From positions 1 to 56,534 of the forward strand of contig JADLBM010000012.1 of assembly GCA_020847715.1 (NCBI GenBank): a stretch of 56,534 bases of DNA. The letters are read 5' to 3'. This stretch comes from Candidatus Yanofskybacteria bacterium. Its GTDB lineage: Bacteria; Patescibacteriota; Minisyncoccia; 2-02-FULL-40-12; GWA2-44-9. The position numbers and the translations under genes are program-made. Of the stretch, positions 25,631 to 32,244 are shown piece by piece; positions within the stretch are counted from its first letter, which is position 1; every line of letters starts with the position of its first letter. Under the pieces are notes generated by a model. The model ran no database searches, had not been told where the DNA came from, and was given only the letters and a program-made list of their open reading frames with translations.

Positions 25631-26206
25631 CTACGGCCTCCGAATGAAGACATCGAGAAGGGGGGTCGGATGCTCGCTTTCCACTATATACTGTGACAAC
25701 ACTGCGCGGATTTCCTGAGGGTCCTGCTCTCCCAGCGGAAGACGTAGTGTCGGGATGTGCCATCGCCGCGTCTGGAGGCTGAGCTCAACGGTATCGTCCG
25801 GCATTCGATGGATATCGAACGAGGCGAGATCGGCGTGAGCAATGCGTCGTCCATCAATCTCGACGCCGCGGCCGTCCACAGCTACGCTCACCGGCCTGCT
25901 GAGTCGCTCTCGAATCTCCCATGTTGCGGCGCCCAAAAGCGTGACGATCATGACTGCCACACTCGACTGCCACCACGCGACCGCACCCCCGATGAACACG
26001 AGCGTCGCCATGAGCATGTAGTGGCGCTGCCATGCACGCCCCTGAAGGGGATGGTGCGCTTCCCATGCAATTGCCTGTGCAGCGAATTCGTTGAATGACG
26101 GGGGTACAGCATCCGCGGAAACCACTTCCGGCGTCATCACATCCGCAGTTGTAGATTCGTCGACACTAACAGGTTCCGGATTCTTGAGGTCAAGCACGTT
26201 GCTCAT
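25631..26206 (-). CDS. Hypothetical two-TM membrane protein (191 aa)
   Basis: Acidic N-terminus, a TM pair (MLMATLVFIGGAVAWW / VAVMIVTLLGAATW), and a soluble C-terminal domain. No motif recognised. Confidence 0.55.
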   Translation of the reverse strand: MSNVLDLKNPEPVSVDESTTADVMTPEVVSADAVPPSFNEFAAQAIAWEAHHPLQGRAWQRHYMLMATLVFIGGAVAWWQSSVAVMIVTLLGAATWEIRERLSRPVSVAVDGRGVEIDGRRIAHADLASFDIHRMPDDTVELSLQTRRWHIPTLRLPLGEQDPQEIRAVLSQYIVESEHPTPLLDVFIRRP

Positions 26207-26243
26207 GCGGGTAGTATACCATCATTTTTCTACGCCCCAGCTC

Positions 26244-26495
26244 CTACCGATGAGGGCAGCCGGCCCAGCAGCACGGTCGCCGCATGCCTTTGCGCATCTT
26301 ATCGAGACCGACTGCAATGCGCCGCTCACGTGTTTTCGATTGCTTCGCGGAAGTCACCCAGCAGATCCATTCGTTGCGAGCCAGCGGAGTGATATCTGCC
26401 CACACGCTCCGAGCTTTCGAATCCGATTCGATCGCTGCGCGGAGGTCCGGCGGCGCCCTATGTACTGCGCCGTTTTTTGTATTCGTCTTTTTCAT
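26244..26495 (-). CDS. YdeI/OmpD-associated family protein (83 aa)
   Basis: Start at ATG 26495 (MKKTNTK...). The pattern PPDLRAAI....VWADITPLARNEWICWVTSAKQSKTRERRI is typical of the YdeI-type domain. Confidence 0.65.
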   Translation of the reverse strand: MKKTNTKNGAVHRAPPDLRAAIESDSKARSVWADITPLARNEWICWVTSAKQSKTRERRIAVGLDKMRKGMRRPCCWAGCPHR

Positions 26496-26511
26496 AAAGA
26501 ATGCGCGCTCT

Positions 26512-26635
26512 TGGCGGTGGGAGTAGGATTCACCCGCCACTCTCGGCGCGTCCGTCGGCGCGCCTCGGTTCTGGGCTCCAGCCCTCGCGGTCGCCCCTTC
26601 TGGCGCGACAGCGCTCCGGGCTTCGAATCCTACGC
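26512..26635 (-). ncRNA. tRNA-Ser(UGA)-linked satellite element (about 124 nt)
   Basis: Its 5' end GTAGGATTCGAA is an inverted copy of the T-arm. Its 3' end is a 20-nt direct copy of the tRNA 3' end including CCA (26512-26531 equals 26685-26704). It shares a 33-nt core with 27002-27035. Confidence 0.55.
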
Positions 26636-26647
26636 TCCAGCTATAGT

Positions 26648-26683
26648 ATCACCCCAGACTGCCACATGGCAGTCTGGGGTGAT
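26648..26683 (-). terminator. 17-bp perfect inverted repeat immediately 3' of tRNA-Ser(UGA)
   Basis: ATCACCCCAGACTGCCA-CA-TGGCAGTCTGGGGTGAT. No clear U-tract, so it may be a processing or termination hairpin. Confidence 0.4.
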
Positions 26684-26684
26684 A

Positions 26685-26774
26685 TGGCGGTGGGAGTAGG
26701 ATTCGAACCTACGGTACGGTTTCCCGTACAGCGGTTTTCAAGACCGCCGCTTTAGACCACTCAGCCATCCCACC
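26685..26774 (-). tRNA. tRNA-Ser (anticodon UGA), type II with long variable arm, CCA encoded
   Basis: Acceptor GGTGGGA/TCCCACC, anticodon stem GCGGT/ACCGC with loop CTTGAAA, T arm GTAGG-TTCGAAT-CCTAC, ends GCCA. Confidence 0.85.
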
Positions 26775-26797
26775 CAATGCGCCAGTGTATCGTGAAA

Positions 26798-26826
26798 TTG
26801 CCAATAACTCAAGAAAATGCTATATT
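26798..26826 (+). promoter_or_regulatory. Sigma70-like promoter for tRNA-Ser(CGA)
   Basis: TTGCCA (26798-26803), 17-nt spacer ending TGc, TATATT (26821-26826). A divergent TTGAGT-17-TACACT can be read on the other strand for tRNA-Ser(UGA). Confidence 0.5.
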
Positions 26827-26843
26827 ATTCCCGCTCCACTCCC

Positions 26844-26930
26844 GGAAGCGTGGCTGAGTGGTTGAAGGCACCACACTCGAAATGTGGCATAGGGGTAACC
26901 CTATCGGAGGTTCGAATCCTCCCGCTTCCG
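26844..26930 (+). tRNA. tRNA-Ser (anticodon CGA), type II, CCA not encoded (ends GCAA)
   Basis: Acceptor GGAAGCG/CGCTTCC, anticodon stem CCACA/TGTGG with loop CTCGAAA, long variable arm, T arm GGAGG-TTCGAAT-CCTCC. Confidence 0.85.
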
Positions 26931-26934
26931 CAAT

Positions 26935-26970
26935 ACCAAAACGGATTGCCGTGTGGTAACCCGTTTTGGT
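26935..26970 (+). terminator. 10-bp hairpin 3' of tRNA-Ser(CGA)
   Basis: ACCAAAACGG / CCGTTTTGGT with a 16-nt loop. The U-tract lies inside the stem only. Confidence 0.4.
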
Positions 26971-26984
26971 GCCGTCGTCGAAAA

Positions 26985-27104
26985 GGGAGGATTCGAAGGA
27001 CGGAGCGATGTCGCGCCAGAAGGGGCGACCGCGAGTCCGTGGTCAGCCCGAGGGTTGTCGACGGACAACCCAAGAGGCGAGACCGAATCCTCCCGCTTCC
27101 GCCA
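26985..27104 (+). ncRNA. tRNA-Ser(CGA)-linked satellite element (120 nt)
   Basis: GGGAGGATTCGAA (26985-26997) is the reverse complement of tRNA 26911-26923. 27084-27102 is a 19-nt direct copy of tRNA 26913-26931, and the element continues 2 nt further to end GCCA (27104). There is an 11-bp closing stem plus two internal hairpins. Confidence 0.55.
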
Positions 27105-27125
27105 GGATTCAGAAAGAGAGGAATC

Positions 27126-27317
27126 GTGACAACGCTACTGCTGGACGACTTGGACGACGACACGCGCCGGCGACTCACCGAGCGCAAGCGGTACTCGTGT
27201 GCACACTGCCAGTACCGGTGGGAGATTCCCGCGCTCCAGAGCTCGACCGAGTGCCCGTCATGCGGCGGCCACTGGATCGTCTTCGACACCGCGCCGGATA
27301 GCCAGCGGGACCCGTGA
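27126..27317 (+). CDS. Small zinc-ribbon protein (63 aa, GTG start)
   Basis: AGAGAGGA SD then GTG. Acidic N-terminus, then CAHC...(16 aa)...CPSC. The stop codon sits in the terminator loop. Confidence 0.5.
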   Translation: MTTLLLDDLDDDTRRRLTERKRYSCAHCQYRWEIPALQSSTECPSCGGHWIVFDTAPDSQRDP

Positions 27318-27332
27318 GGGTCCCGTTTTCTT
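27307..27332 (+). terminator. Rho-independent terminator shared by convergent genes
   Basis: GGGACCC-GTGA-GGGTCCC followed by GTTTTCTT. Confidence 0.7.
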
Positions 27333-28059
27333 AGTAGTAGAGCTCTTTGCGAGGAGGGGAGGCTTTGATGATATCAAATGCCTCCTGCGCAGTATCGACG
27401 AGGTGGTAAAGCTGCATGTCTTCCTTATCGATGGCGCGATATTTCTCGTACACCATGTCGTTGATATAGGAGAGGAGCGGTGTCCAGAATTCTTTGCCAA
27501 CAAGAATGAGCGGAACCGTTTCGCGGTCGACCTTCTTGGTCTGAACCAGCGTCACCATCTCGAAGAACTCGTCGAGCGTCCCGAAGCCGCCGGGGAAAAA
27601 CACGTACGCCTGCGCCGTGTAGAACAGCATCACCTTGCGTACAAAGAAATAGTAGAAGGGCTGCTTCTTGGTGAGGTAGGGGTTCTCCCGCTGCTCGAAC
27701 GGAAGCTTGATGTTGATGCCAATACTTTCGCCACCCGCCTCGAATGCGCCACGGTTGCCACCCTCCATAATGCCCGGCCCGCCACCGGTCACGACGCCAA
27801 TCTTCGCCTTTGCCAGCAACGCACCGAGCTCACGGGCAACTTGGTACCATTTATTACTCTCTTCGAACCGTGCGGAACCGAGAATAGAAATCGTGTTCTT
27901 GTAGTCCGTGACAAACTGCCACCCATCAACGAACTCCGCCATGATGCGGAACACGCGCCAGTGAAAACTGGAGCGGAAGTCGAGCGGCATCTCCTGCGTC
28001 TGCTCCCAGGGGAGCTTGGATGCGGGAACATTGAGTGAGCCTTTTGGATCGTCTCCCAT
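27331..28059 (-). CDS. LOG family protein (TIGR00730-type nucleotide phosphoribohydrolase)
   Basis: Start at ATG 28059 with a GGAGGG SD. Motifs GGGPGIMEGGNRGA and PGGFGTLDEFFE. The ORF-track extension to 28359 runs across two tRNA genes and is not coding. Confidence 0.85.
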   Translation of the reverse strand: MGDDPKGSLNVPASKLPWEQTQEMPLDFRSSFHWRVFRIMAEFVDGWQFVTDYKNTISILGSARFEESNKWYQVARELGALLAKAKIGVVTGGGPGIMEGGNRGAFEAGGESIGINIKLPFEQRENPYLTKKQPFYYFFVRKVMLFYTAQAYVFFPGGFGTLDEFFEMVTLVQTKKVDRETVPLILVGKEFWTPLLSYINDMVYEKYRAIDKEDMQLYHLVDTAQEAFDIIKASPPRKELYY

Positions 28060-28073
28060 TCCCTCCAGTATAT

Positions 28074-28100
28074 CACAGCACCGCCGATGGCGGTGCTGTG
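28074..28100 (-). other. 12-bp perfect hairpin between tRNA-Ala(GGC) and the LOG SD
   Basis: CACAGCACCGCC-GAT-GGCGGTGCTGTG with no U-tract. Possibly a processing site or a partial terminator. Confidence 0.4.
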
Positions 28101-28103
28101 TAG

Positions 28104-28179
28104 TGGTGGACCCAACCGGACTCGAACCGGTCACCTCATCCATGCCATGGATGCGCTCTACCAGATGAGCTATGGGCCC
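28104..28179 (-). tRNA. tRNA-Ala (anticodon GGC), CCA encoded
   Basis: Acceptor GGGCCCA/TGGGTCC with G3:U70, anticodon stem CATCC/GGATG with loop ATGGCAT, ends ACCA. Confidence 0.85.
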
Positions 28180-28230
28180 AAGGCGTCTGGAAAAATAGCA
28201 CGAAAATGGTAGTATCGCAAGGTATTGCCT

Positions 28231-28302
28231 GCCCCCGTAGCTCAACGGATAGAGCAAATTCGTCCTAAGAATGAGATGGGGGTTCGATTCCCTCCGGGGG
28301 CA
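28231..28302 (+). tRNA. tRNA-Arg (anticodon CCU), no CCA
   Basis: Acceptor GCCCCCG/CGGGGGC, D stem GCTC/GAGC, anticodon loop GTCCTAA, T loop TTCGATT. Confidence 0.8.
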
Positions 28303-28388
28303 CACACCTGACCACTCCTCATACTGCAGGAAGTGGCCGGCCAAGTGTCCTGAGCGCATAGACGCGAAGGACTACAGAAAAAATACTT

Positions 28389-29825
28389 ATGCTGGAAATC
28401 CATCCGAAGGTAGGGGAGGTCCTACGGACACTCGAGGAGAACGGCCACCGCGCATATGCGGTGGGTGGCTGCGTGCGCGACATCATGATGGAGCGACATC
28501 CAACCGATTGGGATGTCACCACCGACGCTCGCCCCGAGCGCATCCAAGAGCTGTTCCCCGATAACTTTTACGACAACGCATTTGGAACTGTCACCGTGAA
28601 GACGCGCGACGACGACCCCATCGTGCGCACCATTCAGATTACCCCGTTCCGCATCGAAGGACGGTACACCGACCAGCGGCACCCCGACGAGGTCACATTC
28701 GCGAAAACAATCGAAGAAGACCTCTCGCGCCGTGACTTCACCGTGAACGCAATGGCGATGAGTGCTGACGGGACACTGGTTGACCCCTACGGCGGACGAG
28801 ACGACCTCTCCGCAAAAATAATCCGCGCGGTCGGGGATGCCGATACTCGCATCACGGAAGATGCGCTCCGCATGATGCGCGCGGTTCGATTCGCGACCAC
28901 GCTCGATTTCAGCATTCACGACGACACTCTGCGGGCGCTCACGCGCCACGCCGCACTGCTCGAGCGCATCTCGGCAGAGCGCATTCGCGATGAACTCACA
29001 AAGATCCTGAATGCTCCGCGCGCAATGCATGGCATCCAACTCCTCGAAGATACCGGCCTCCTCCGGTTCATCCTTCCGGAGTTGCGCGAGGGCGTAGGAG
29101 TCGAGCAGAACCTCCACCACATCTACACGGTGTGGGAGCATAATTTGCGCACCATGCACTACGCTGCGCAGAAGGGATATTCATTCCCCGTGCGAATGGC
29201 GTGCCTCCTCCATGATGTGGGGAAGCCGCGCACCAAGCGGGGAGAGGGCCGCCACTGCACGTTCTACGCACACGATGCCGTGGGTGCCACGATGGCTCGA
29301 AAGATCATGGAGCGCCTCAAATACCCCGGCGAGACCGTCGATGCGGTCGTGCGCTTGGTTCGTTACCATATGTTCTACTACAGTGTTGGCGAAGTCACCG
29401 AGTCCTCGGTTCGCCGCCTCATCGCGAACGTCGGGCTCGAACACATTGACGACCTCCTCAGGCTCCGCGAGGGAGATCGCATCGGCTCCGGAACGCCCAA
29501 GGCGGTACCCTATAAACTCCGCCACCTCAAGTACATGATCGACAAGGTCAGCCATGACCCCATTTCAGTAAAGATGCTCAAGGTGAACGGGCAGGATATT
29601 ATGGAAGTCCTCGGAATTCCGCCCGGGCCGAAGATTGGCCTCATCCTCAACACGCTCCTCGCCGAGGCACTCGACGATCCGACCATCAACACCCGCGAGC
29701 TCCTCTTAAAGCGAGCGGGAGAGCTTGATGCGGCATCCGCTGCCGACCTCAAAAGCGCGCTTGAACGCATCGAACAGGCTCGGGATTCGGAAGAGAAGGA
29801 GCGGATGAAGAAATACTACGTGTAA
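28389..29825 (+). CDS. cca: CCA-adding enzyme (tRNA nucleotidyltransferase with HD domain)
   Basis: The GGCVRD motif (AVGGCVRDIMM), RRDFTVNAMA, and HD region LLHDVGKP. 478 aa. Confidence 0.9.
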   Translation: MLEIHPKVGEVLRTLEENGHRAYAVGGCVRDIMMERHPTDWDVTTDARPERIQELFPDNFYDNAFGTVTVKTRDDDPIVRTIQITPFRIEGRYTDQRHPDEVTFAKTIEEDLSRRDFTVNAMAMSADGTLVDPYGGRDDLSAKIIRAVGDADTRITEDALRMMRAVRFATTLDFSIHDDTLRALTRHAALLERISAERIRDELTKILNAPRAMHGIQLLEDTGLLRFILPELREGVGVEQNLHHIYTVWEHNLRTMHYAAQKGYSFPVRMACLLHDVGKPRTKRGEGRHCTFYAHDAVGATMARKIMERLKYPGETVDAVVRLVRYHMFYYSVGEVTESSVRRLIANVGLEHIDDLLRLREGDRIGSGTPKAVPYKLRHLKYMIDKVSHDPISVKMLKVNGQDIMEVLGIPPGPKIGLILNTLLAEALDDPTINTRELLLKRAGELDAASAADLKSALERIEQARDSEEKERMKKYYV

Positions 29826-29854
29826 CCAAAAGACCTCTCGGAGGGGTCTTTTGG
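29826..29854 (+). terminator. Rho-independent terminator of cca
   Basis: CCAAAAGACC-TCTCGGAG-GGGTCTTTTGG starts directly after the stop. Confidence 0.7.
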
Positions 29855-29859
29855 TATCT

Positions 29860-29979
29860 GTCGGGCTGCTGGGAATCCCGTACGCGTCAAACCTCGCCGT
29901 CGCTCGGTTCGCGCTTCCGGCCGGGGCTCGCGGCGCCTCCTACTGTCGACGTATCGCTCCGCCCTTCGCTTCCCGGCAG
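29860..29979 (-). ncRNA. tRNA-Pro-linked satellite element (120 nt, more degenerate)
   Basis: 18-nt direct copy of the tRNA-Pro 3' part (29860-29877 equals 30031-30048). Degenerate inverted T-arm CTGCCGGGAAGCGAA. Shares the core ...CGAAG-GGGC-GGAGCGAT...CGCGAG-CCC with the Ser elements. Confidence 0.45.
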
Positions 29980-29993
29980 GCAATCTGCGCGCA

Positions 29994-30024
29994 ACAAAAA
30001 GACCCCACTGCGGGGTCTTTTTGT
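29994..30024 (-). terminator. Rho-independent terminator after tRNA-Pro
   Basis: AAAAAGACCCC-GCAG-GGGGTCTTTTT on the minus strand. Confidence 0.7.
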
Positions 30025-30031
30025 TTATGGG

Positions 30032-30102
30032 TCGGGCTGCTGGGAATCGAACCCAGTCTTTATGAACCCGAATCATACGTACTACCGGTATACTACAGCC
30101 CG
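30032..30102 (-). tRNA. tRNA-Pro (anticodon CGG), no CCA
   Basis: C1:G72 acceptor CGGGCTG/CAGCCCG with A73, anticodon stem TATGA/TCATA with loop TTCGGGT, T arm CTGGG-TTCGATT-CCCAG. Confidence 0.8.
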
Positions 30103-30146
30103 CACCGCTACGATGCGAACTCGACAATACCACAGAAATACCAGAA

Positions 30147-30755
30147 TTACAATGAGATGCTGGCTTCTCCGGCGGCCTCCTCTTCGTCGCCGAGATCGCG
30201 TTCGATGCGGCGAGCTTCTTCGAGGTCGGCGTCTGCGGTTCGGTCGTCTTCCTCATCGCCCCGCCGCAAGCTCTGCGTATCTTCTTTATCCTCGCCGCCA
30301 TCCGTTTCGTCGCTCTGGTCACGGGCATCGTTCAAGAGCTCTTCGTCACCGTTCTGCTCATCGAGACGCTCCTGCTCGTCGGCCTCAAACTCGTCGGACA
30401 CGAACACCTCGTCATTGAGCTGTCGTTCCATCTGGCGCACCTGAACATCGAACCACGCATCGTCGTCGCGGGCGAGCGCCTCTTCGATGCGGTCATTCAC
30501 CTGAGTGCGAAATCCGTACAACGCATCCTCTGGATGCGCAGAGCTGGCAGATACCGCCACACCCCCAACCATGAGAAGGACGGCAAGCGAGCCGGTCGCG
30601 AACGCGTGCCGCAAAACCCACGTCCGCGTGCTCACGGCATGTGAAGTGGGTGTCGTGACGGCGACTCGCAGGAAGTGGCCGATGCGTGCGCGCTCACCAT
30701 CCGTCATGCGCACGGTGGCCAATTCATTCTTCAATTGTTCGAAAGAATCGTTCAT
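30147..30755 (-). CDS. Putative membrane-spanning anti-sigma factor with hyperacidic extracytoplasmic tail
   Basis: Overlaps the sigma gene by 4 nt. Single TM (GSLAVLLMVGGVAVSA). The C-terminal half is D/E-rich. Function is inferred from context only. Confidence 0.45.
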   Translation of the reverse strand: MNDSFEQLKNELATVRMTDGERARIGHFLRVAVTTPTSHAVSTRTWVLRHAFATGSLAVLLMVGGVAVSASSAHPEDALYGFRTQVNDRIEEALARDDDAWFDVQVRQMERQLNDEVFVSDEFEADEQERLDEQNGDEELLNDARDQSDETDGGEDKEDTQSLRRGDEEDDRTADADLEEARRIERDLGDEEEAAGEASISL

Positions 30756-31249
30756 AGATGCAGGAGTTCTCGCAATTTCTGGAGACCTCTGGTGATACGC
30801 ACGGAAATAACGTTCTCACTCTCTCCGATAACTTCCGCGATCTCACGCGGCATGAGGTCGCTCACATATCGCAACGCGACTGCCTCACGATACGGTTCGT
30901 CGAGACGCGCAATACAGCGGATTACACGAGCGACCTCTGTGGAGAGAAGGGGATCAAGCGTCTGCTCATCCGCTACATCGAACCCGTCCTCCTGAAGCCG
31001 CTCAAGCGACTCTGTCGCCGGTCTCCGCGCGGCATCAATACAGGCGTGCCGGGCGGTCGTATAGAGAAAAGGGCGTATGCGCTCGATGACGGTGCCGCCC
31101 GAGAGGGCCCGCCAGACTCGTACGAACGTCTCTTGGGTCAAATCGAGTGCACGCTCGCGGTCTCCGGTATGGGCGTAGCAAAACCGGAAGATCGCATCCC
31201 CATGCTCGTCATACGCTGAAGTGAGCTGCTGTTCTGTCGGACGGTCCAT
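30752..31249 (-). CDS. ECF-type RNA polymerase sigma-70 family factor
   Basis: 165 aa. Region 2 (FRFCYAHTGDRERALDLTQETFVRVW) and region 4 HTH (REIAEVIGESENVISVRITRGLQKLR). Confidence 0.85.
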   Translation of the reverse strand: MDRPTEQQLTSAYDEHGDAIFRFCYAHTGDRERALDLTQETFVRVWRALSGGTVIERIRPFLYTTARHACIDAARRPATESLERLQEDGFDVADEQTLDPLLSTEVARVIRCIARLDEPYREAVALRYVSDLMPREIAEVIGESENVISVRITRGLQKLRELLHL

Positions 31250-31338
31250 AGTATATGACGCACAATACCTTCACGTCTTACCGAAGGCAACGCCAGAGAG
31301 CGGAGTACTCCGCTCTCTGGCGTATGCGCGTATCGCTC

Positions 31339-32031
31339 CTACTGACTCGGAGTGGGCGTCGGAGACACAGAAGGAGATGCTGTCGGGGATACTGAAGGGG
31401 ATGCGGTTGGCGAAGTGCTTGCGGTCGGGGTCGGCGTCGGACTGCCGCCTCCAATGCCACGGGTCGACACGATGACCCGAACCAGTGCCTGATGCGCCTC
31501 GCGAATCTTTCCGGTTACCTCTTTATGCAGGTCCCGAATCTTCCGCATTGCATCCGCGGGGGTGTTGTTCGTAATGATTGAGGCGATCTGAGCACTCGCA
31601 TCATCAAGAGCCTTCTTCGCGGCATCGATCTTCGTTCGTGCCGCCGCGAGGTCGGCCTTCTGCGTGGTCACATTCTTTCCGTTCGCCTCAGCTCGCTTCA
31701 GACGATCTTCAATACGGTCGGCAAGCTTCCGCTGGCGTTCAATGAGCTTCGCGAGGCGCTCGCTCGTCTTTCTCCAAAACTTTTCAAGTCGCTTCGTTTG
31801 CTCTTCTGCTCTCTTTTGCTCGCGCTCTTGGCGAAGCTCTGCGCTCTTGGAGGCAATCTCGTCACGGCGCTCGTCGCGCTTCTGTTCCTGCTCTTCGCGC
31901 TTATCCTGTCGCTCCTGACGGATACGCTCAAAAAATCCTTTCGAGGAGGACTTGTCGTCGGCAAGCGCCGGAGAGGCGACTCCGCTCAACAGGATAGCCA
32001 CCGCTACTGCTGTCGTGAGATGTTTGTTCAT
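31339..32031 (-). CDS. Secreted coiled-coil protein with S/P/T-rich C-terminal repeats
   Basis: Signal peptide MNKHLTTAVAVAILLSGVASPALA, a K/E/R-rich helical body, and the repeats SPTASPSVSPTASPSVSPT at the C-terminus. Confidence 0.6.
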   Translation of the reverse strand: MNKHLTTAVAVAILLSGVASPALADDKSSSKGFFERIRQERQDKREEQEQKRDERRDEIASKSAELRQEREQKRAEEQTKRLEKFWRKTSERLAKLIERQRKLADRIEDRLKRAEANGKNVTTQKADLAAARTKIDAAKKALDDASAQIASIITNNTPADAMRKIRDLHKEVTGKIREAHQALVRVIVSTRGIGGGSPTPTPTASTSPTASPSVSPTASPSVSPTPTPSQ

Positions 32032-32137
32032 GCGTATAGTATATACAATACTGCGTACACCAAGTATGACGGCTCCACGGAAGATTCCTTACGCCTCTGG
32101 CAAAAACCGGCGTTTTATGGTATGTTTCCTCCGATTT

Positions 32138-32210
32138 GGGCCCATAGCTCAGCTGGTAGAGCGCGTCATTCGCATTGACGAGGTCAGGAGTTCGAATCTC
32201 CTTGGGTCCA
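32138..32210 (+). tRNA. tRNA-Ala (anticodon CGC), no CCA
   Basis: Acceptor GGGCCCA/TGGGTCC with G3:U70, anticodon stem CGTCA/TGACG with loop TTCGCAT. Confidence 0.85.
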
Positions 32211-32244
32211 CACCTGAAAACCAGTTCGCAATCGCGGTCACCCC

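Noticed and set aside
25084-25763. ORFs 25084-25308, 25345-25560, 25415-25696, 25443-25763 and 25533-25718.
   Set aside because: They lie on the tRNA-Arg gene, its terminator and the structured satellite. They have no SD, and hairpin-derived palindromic translation explains the open frames.
25222-27104. Reading the duplicated tRNA 3' ends as attL/attR scars of tRNA-targeted genomic islands.
   Set aside because: The repeats are only about 170-210 nt apart, there is no integrase or cargo, each element also carries an inverted T-arm copy, and the interiors covary. A miniature non-autonomous integrative element cannot be fully excluded, so this idea is kept as an alternative within the findings.
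27199-28038. Long antisense ORFs inside well-supported genes (27199-28038 opposite LOG, 33043-34008 opposite pcrA, 53843-54613 opposite ruvC, 28422-29159 opposite cca, 7052-7912 opposite polA).
   Set aside because: Each overlaps a gene with unmistakable catalytic motifs on the other strand. They are GC-driven shadow ORFs.
27331-28359. A 342-aa ORF fusing LOG to an N-terminal extension.
   Set aside because: The extension runs straight through tRNA-Ala(GGC) and tRNA-Arg(CCU). The internal ATG at 28059 has a GGAGGG SD.
29816-30444. ORFs 29816-30328 (minus), 29851-30444 (plus) and 30062-30418 (plus).
   Set aside because: They cover tRNA-Pro, two terminators and the satellite, or are antisense to the anti-sigma gene. 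The products are low-complexity.
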